In this document: one piece after another, positions 60,812 through 64,000 of the stretch
Layout of the letters: every line of letters begins with the position of its first letter
How positions within the stretch are numbered: position 1 is the stretch's first letter
Assembly: GCA_001179505.1 (NCBI GenBank)
Contig: CDMY01000929.1
Span: 62,001-126,000, forward strand
Reading direction: 5' to 3'
Length of the DNA: 64,000 nucleotides
Origin: Vitrella brassicaformis CCMP3155
Taxonomy: Eukaryota > Protista > Chromerida
Notes under the pieces: model-generated
What the model saw: the letters and a program-made list of their open reading frames with translations, nothing else
What the model was told of the DNA's origin: nothing
The model's database searches: none
Made by a program: the position numbers and the translations under genes

Positions 60812-63800
60812 ATGGCGTCGAGAGAGGGAGCGAAGAGGCCAATTGATGGCGAAGGAGATGACGAAGTGGATCAGATGCCGGCAAAACGGCAGAGAAGAGG
60901 CGAAGCCGCTCAAGCAACGCAGGTGAGTCAATCACGGAATGACCCAATCAACACACCGAACACAGAGACGCAAAAAGTCACCATTTGTGCCTTTGTTTGC
61001 CTGTTAGGTCGCAGCAGGTCCTCCGACGCTCTCATCGCTCCCAGGTGGACCTCACATCTTCGTCGGTGCCTTCCTCGACGCATCGGACCGAGCCAGCGTG
61101 GCCTCCGCCAGCAGACTCATGCGAGCGCAGGCCAAGCATTACGACTGGCAGCTGCTCTGGTTCGTTTATGGAAAGAATGAACAAGTACATCTTTCAGCTA
61201 CGTGCTACTCCTTCTGGTTTATTCTTCTTTGCCTCGACTGACTTCAGCCTCCTCTCATTCGGCTCATCGCAGGTCGAGTACATGTCCTACCAATGCCCCG
61301 AGAGCGTGCGATTCGGCACGACGCGTGGCGACGGCTCGCTGCGCCGCAACGTGTCGACCATGCCCTACCACGGCCCGGCGCAGCACCACTGGAAGAACCT
61401 CTACAAACAGATCGTGCAGTTCCACAGGTGGGTCAGATTGGCGGACACAATCACTGTGGTCTGATTGTGTTGTGGTTGGCCTTCAGGAACATGGACGCTG
61501 GTGAGAGTCGGTTCCGCCAGAAGCCCCGTTTGCTGGCCACACCGGGCTCCCGACGCTTCCATGGCTCCAGGGAGTATCACGTGTCGAGAGACCTGTCGCT
61601 GCTCTTCTGGTAACCACACAGGGAGGGAGGGAGGGAGGGAGTGTCTGATGGCCACTGGATGCAGCACTGGTTGTTTGCTGCTGCTTTCATTTGGCATCAG
61701 GGATGATGGTCGGAAGCTGCAAGTTATCGACATTGACTCGGTAAGCCAAGACAGGACGATCGGTGACACGGCCGATGACGTGTGGGTGTCGTCCGCCTGC
61801 CTCTCCTTTCCTCTCTCGTGCAGCTGGAGGAGGTGCTGACGCTGCCCGACTGCACTCGCCCGTTGGACGGCCGCATCAACCCCCAGTCGCGGCTTGCTCG
61901 CAAGGGCGATTTCGTGGTGCCTCCAGACGATACGCCGAGGCCACCGATCGAGGCCATCAGAGAGGGGGGCAGGTCCGTTGACGAGGAGGCCATTCGCATA
62001 CGGACGCAGGAGAGGGCCAAGCCACGCGAGAACCCGCCCCCACAGCTCCTTATGTTCGCCAACACAAAGGTGCACAGGGCAGAAGGGGTGGCAGTCGATT
62101 CAGGCGTGATGTCTTCGCAGGAGCTGATACTTGTGTACGTGACTCCTCCGGCGAGCAGCAGGAACCGTGCCTTCGTCGAGTGGGCTGGGCGTCATGATGT
62201 GGCCACTGAGCCAGTCATTCGGGTAACGCCCCCCACACACACAAAGCACGCCGCCCTTTCATGTGTGCTCATACAACGACAGGTGTGGGATTTGAGGACT
62301 GCTCAGTACCGTGCAACCATCTACTTGTCGCCCCCTGCAGCCAGACCTGCTCAGCCGTCTCCCCCCGCCAGGCGTCCCGCCAGCGCTCCCGCTGCAGCTG
62401 TCGCAGCGCTCCCCGTCGCACCCGTCACCCAATCAGCACCAGCCAACACGGCAGACAACCAAAAAGGTGAGATAAGTGACAAGGAAACCAATCAAACGGC
62501 TGCTGTTTGCCCGTGTGAATTCATCGATTCACCGTTGCCTTTGCTGCTGTCTCTCAGCGTCGCAAGAGGCCGACCAGCCGATGGACGAGGAGCCAGAAGA
62601 GGAGGACGACAGCTTTGCAGCCGCTGTGGGGACCGGCGCTTTCAATGGCCACTATTTCTCACAAGACCGGCAGTGCGAGCCGCCCCAGGAGTTCTTCTGC
62701 TGGCAGGATACCCTCATGCTCAGCTGCCACATTGGACTGGTGATCTGGAACGTCACCAATGCCGACCGCATCGAGCTGTCGCGAAAGCTGGAGATGAGTA
62801 GGTTTCCGACCAGTCTGCCGTCCCCCGATCCCCCTACTGCTGCCCCTGCCAATCCCCCTCCCCCTCCGCCTCCCGCAGTCCCTGCTCCCCCTGCAGCCCC
62901 TGGCACTCTCATCCCCCCCTGGGGAGCGGGAGCCGCCTTCATCTGGCCCCCCATTGGGCCGCAGCCACCGCCATGGGCGCAGGGACCATGGGTGCAGGGA
63001 CCCTTCCCCCCACCGCCTGCAAAGTTGTACGTCACGTGGTACACGAATGAGCTGGTAAGGGGTAGGAGACAAGGCGACATGACCGCCATGCAGGTGTTTC
63101 TTGCTGCGATGCCTGCAGATTGGTTTCTATTTGGATACGATGCCGGATTTGTACGTGTACAACTTTCGAGAGGCTGATGACGACAACGGTGAAGCTGAGA
63201 GGAAGATGCTGCGGCTGCAGCGACACACAGAGCCCATCATCGGCGTGTGTGTCATTGATCATCCATTCAAGACCACACAACAGGACGTCTGGTACGCAAT
63301 GCCCGACGCACAGCTGAGGCTTCTCGTCGATGCATGTGGATCTCTTCTGTCTCTGACCATCAGGGTAGACGAGCTCTACTGTTTCTCCATGGACCGCAGT
63401 GGCCTCGTGTGCGTGTGGGACAGCTCCCAGAACTTCGCCTGTGTGCGGGAGATCAACACAGGCCTCGCGCAGGTGGCCTTCTCCATCACAGCCGGGCCTC
63501 AGCACCTGCTCATCCTATCTGAAGACACTCACCACCCGTAAGCGTCCGCACGAGCCACCGACAAACGAATGAGGTACCCACCACACAAACACGGTCTGCA
63601 CGTGCCATGGCGTGTCTTGCCAGGTTCATCGAAGACGTGAACGTGCACATCTACACAATCTCTCACGAGCGCAGGCAGCGAGACGGCCGCACAACATGGG
63701 AGCTGGCCATCACCGAGATGCCTGGCCCAGCTCCGCGCGTTGACCCGCAAGCATCCCTGGTCAGCACACACACAAGCATGTGTCGTCTGCGACGTGTAGC

Positions 63801-64000
63801 TCGTTCTTTTTTCCCTTGTGTCATCGATGCAGGCGTACATGTTCGACTCCTCGTACGTCCACGTGTCGTCCAGGGAGGGCAACAGCCACGGGTGCAACTA
63901 CTCCATCTACCGTCTGAGCGACTGGGAGAAGGTGGCCCAGCTCAACGACTGCCTCGTCCACGATGCGTGGGTCTTCTGGAAATGGATACAGGTGCTGGCG
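60812..64000 (+). CDS. F-box-like/WD40-repeat protein, 3'-truncated by the window edge
   Basis: An NLS-like N-terminus (PAKRQRR) and an F-box-like segment (LSSLP....IFVGAFLDASDRASVASASRLM). WD-like segments include VWDLRT and RHTEPIIGV...FSMDRSGLVCVWDS. Confidence 0.7.

Overview
Eukaryotic, GC-rich, intron-dense genomic DNA. Short introns are full of (GT/CA)n, (GACA)n, (GGAT)n and (CTGA)n microsatellites. The style and gene content suggest a chromerid alveolate such as Vitrella brassicaformis (inference, not database-checked). All gene models were spliced by eye from GT/GC-AG sites and motif continuity. Recognisable genes: the 3' part of an MFS/POT-type transporter, an EML/EMAP-like WD40 protein, Tom7, a U-box E3 ligase, a putative plastid-targeted protein, an IRAK/Pelle-like kinase with UIMs, a signal-peptide SET-domain methyltransferase, a HOTHEAD-like GMC oxidoreductase, a BTB+TLDc protein and an F-box/WD40 protein. 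No prokaryotic features, CRISPR arrays or RNA genes are supported. The most unusual signal is local gene shuffling of lineage-specific genes. (1) A two-gene module (here X and Y) recurs in permuted order, and its ~180-bp bidirectional spacer is reused by an unrelated BTB-TLDc gene. (2) An intronless family member sits in frame in the last exon of the EML gene between 129-bp direct repeats. (3) A 455-bp insertion bounded by 7-bp direct repeats carries a TadA-like gene tail. I see no evidence for a discrete new enzymatic or defence system; these rearrangement footprints are the best leads.
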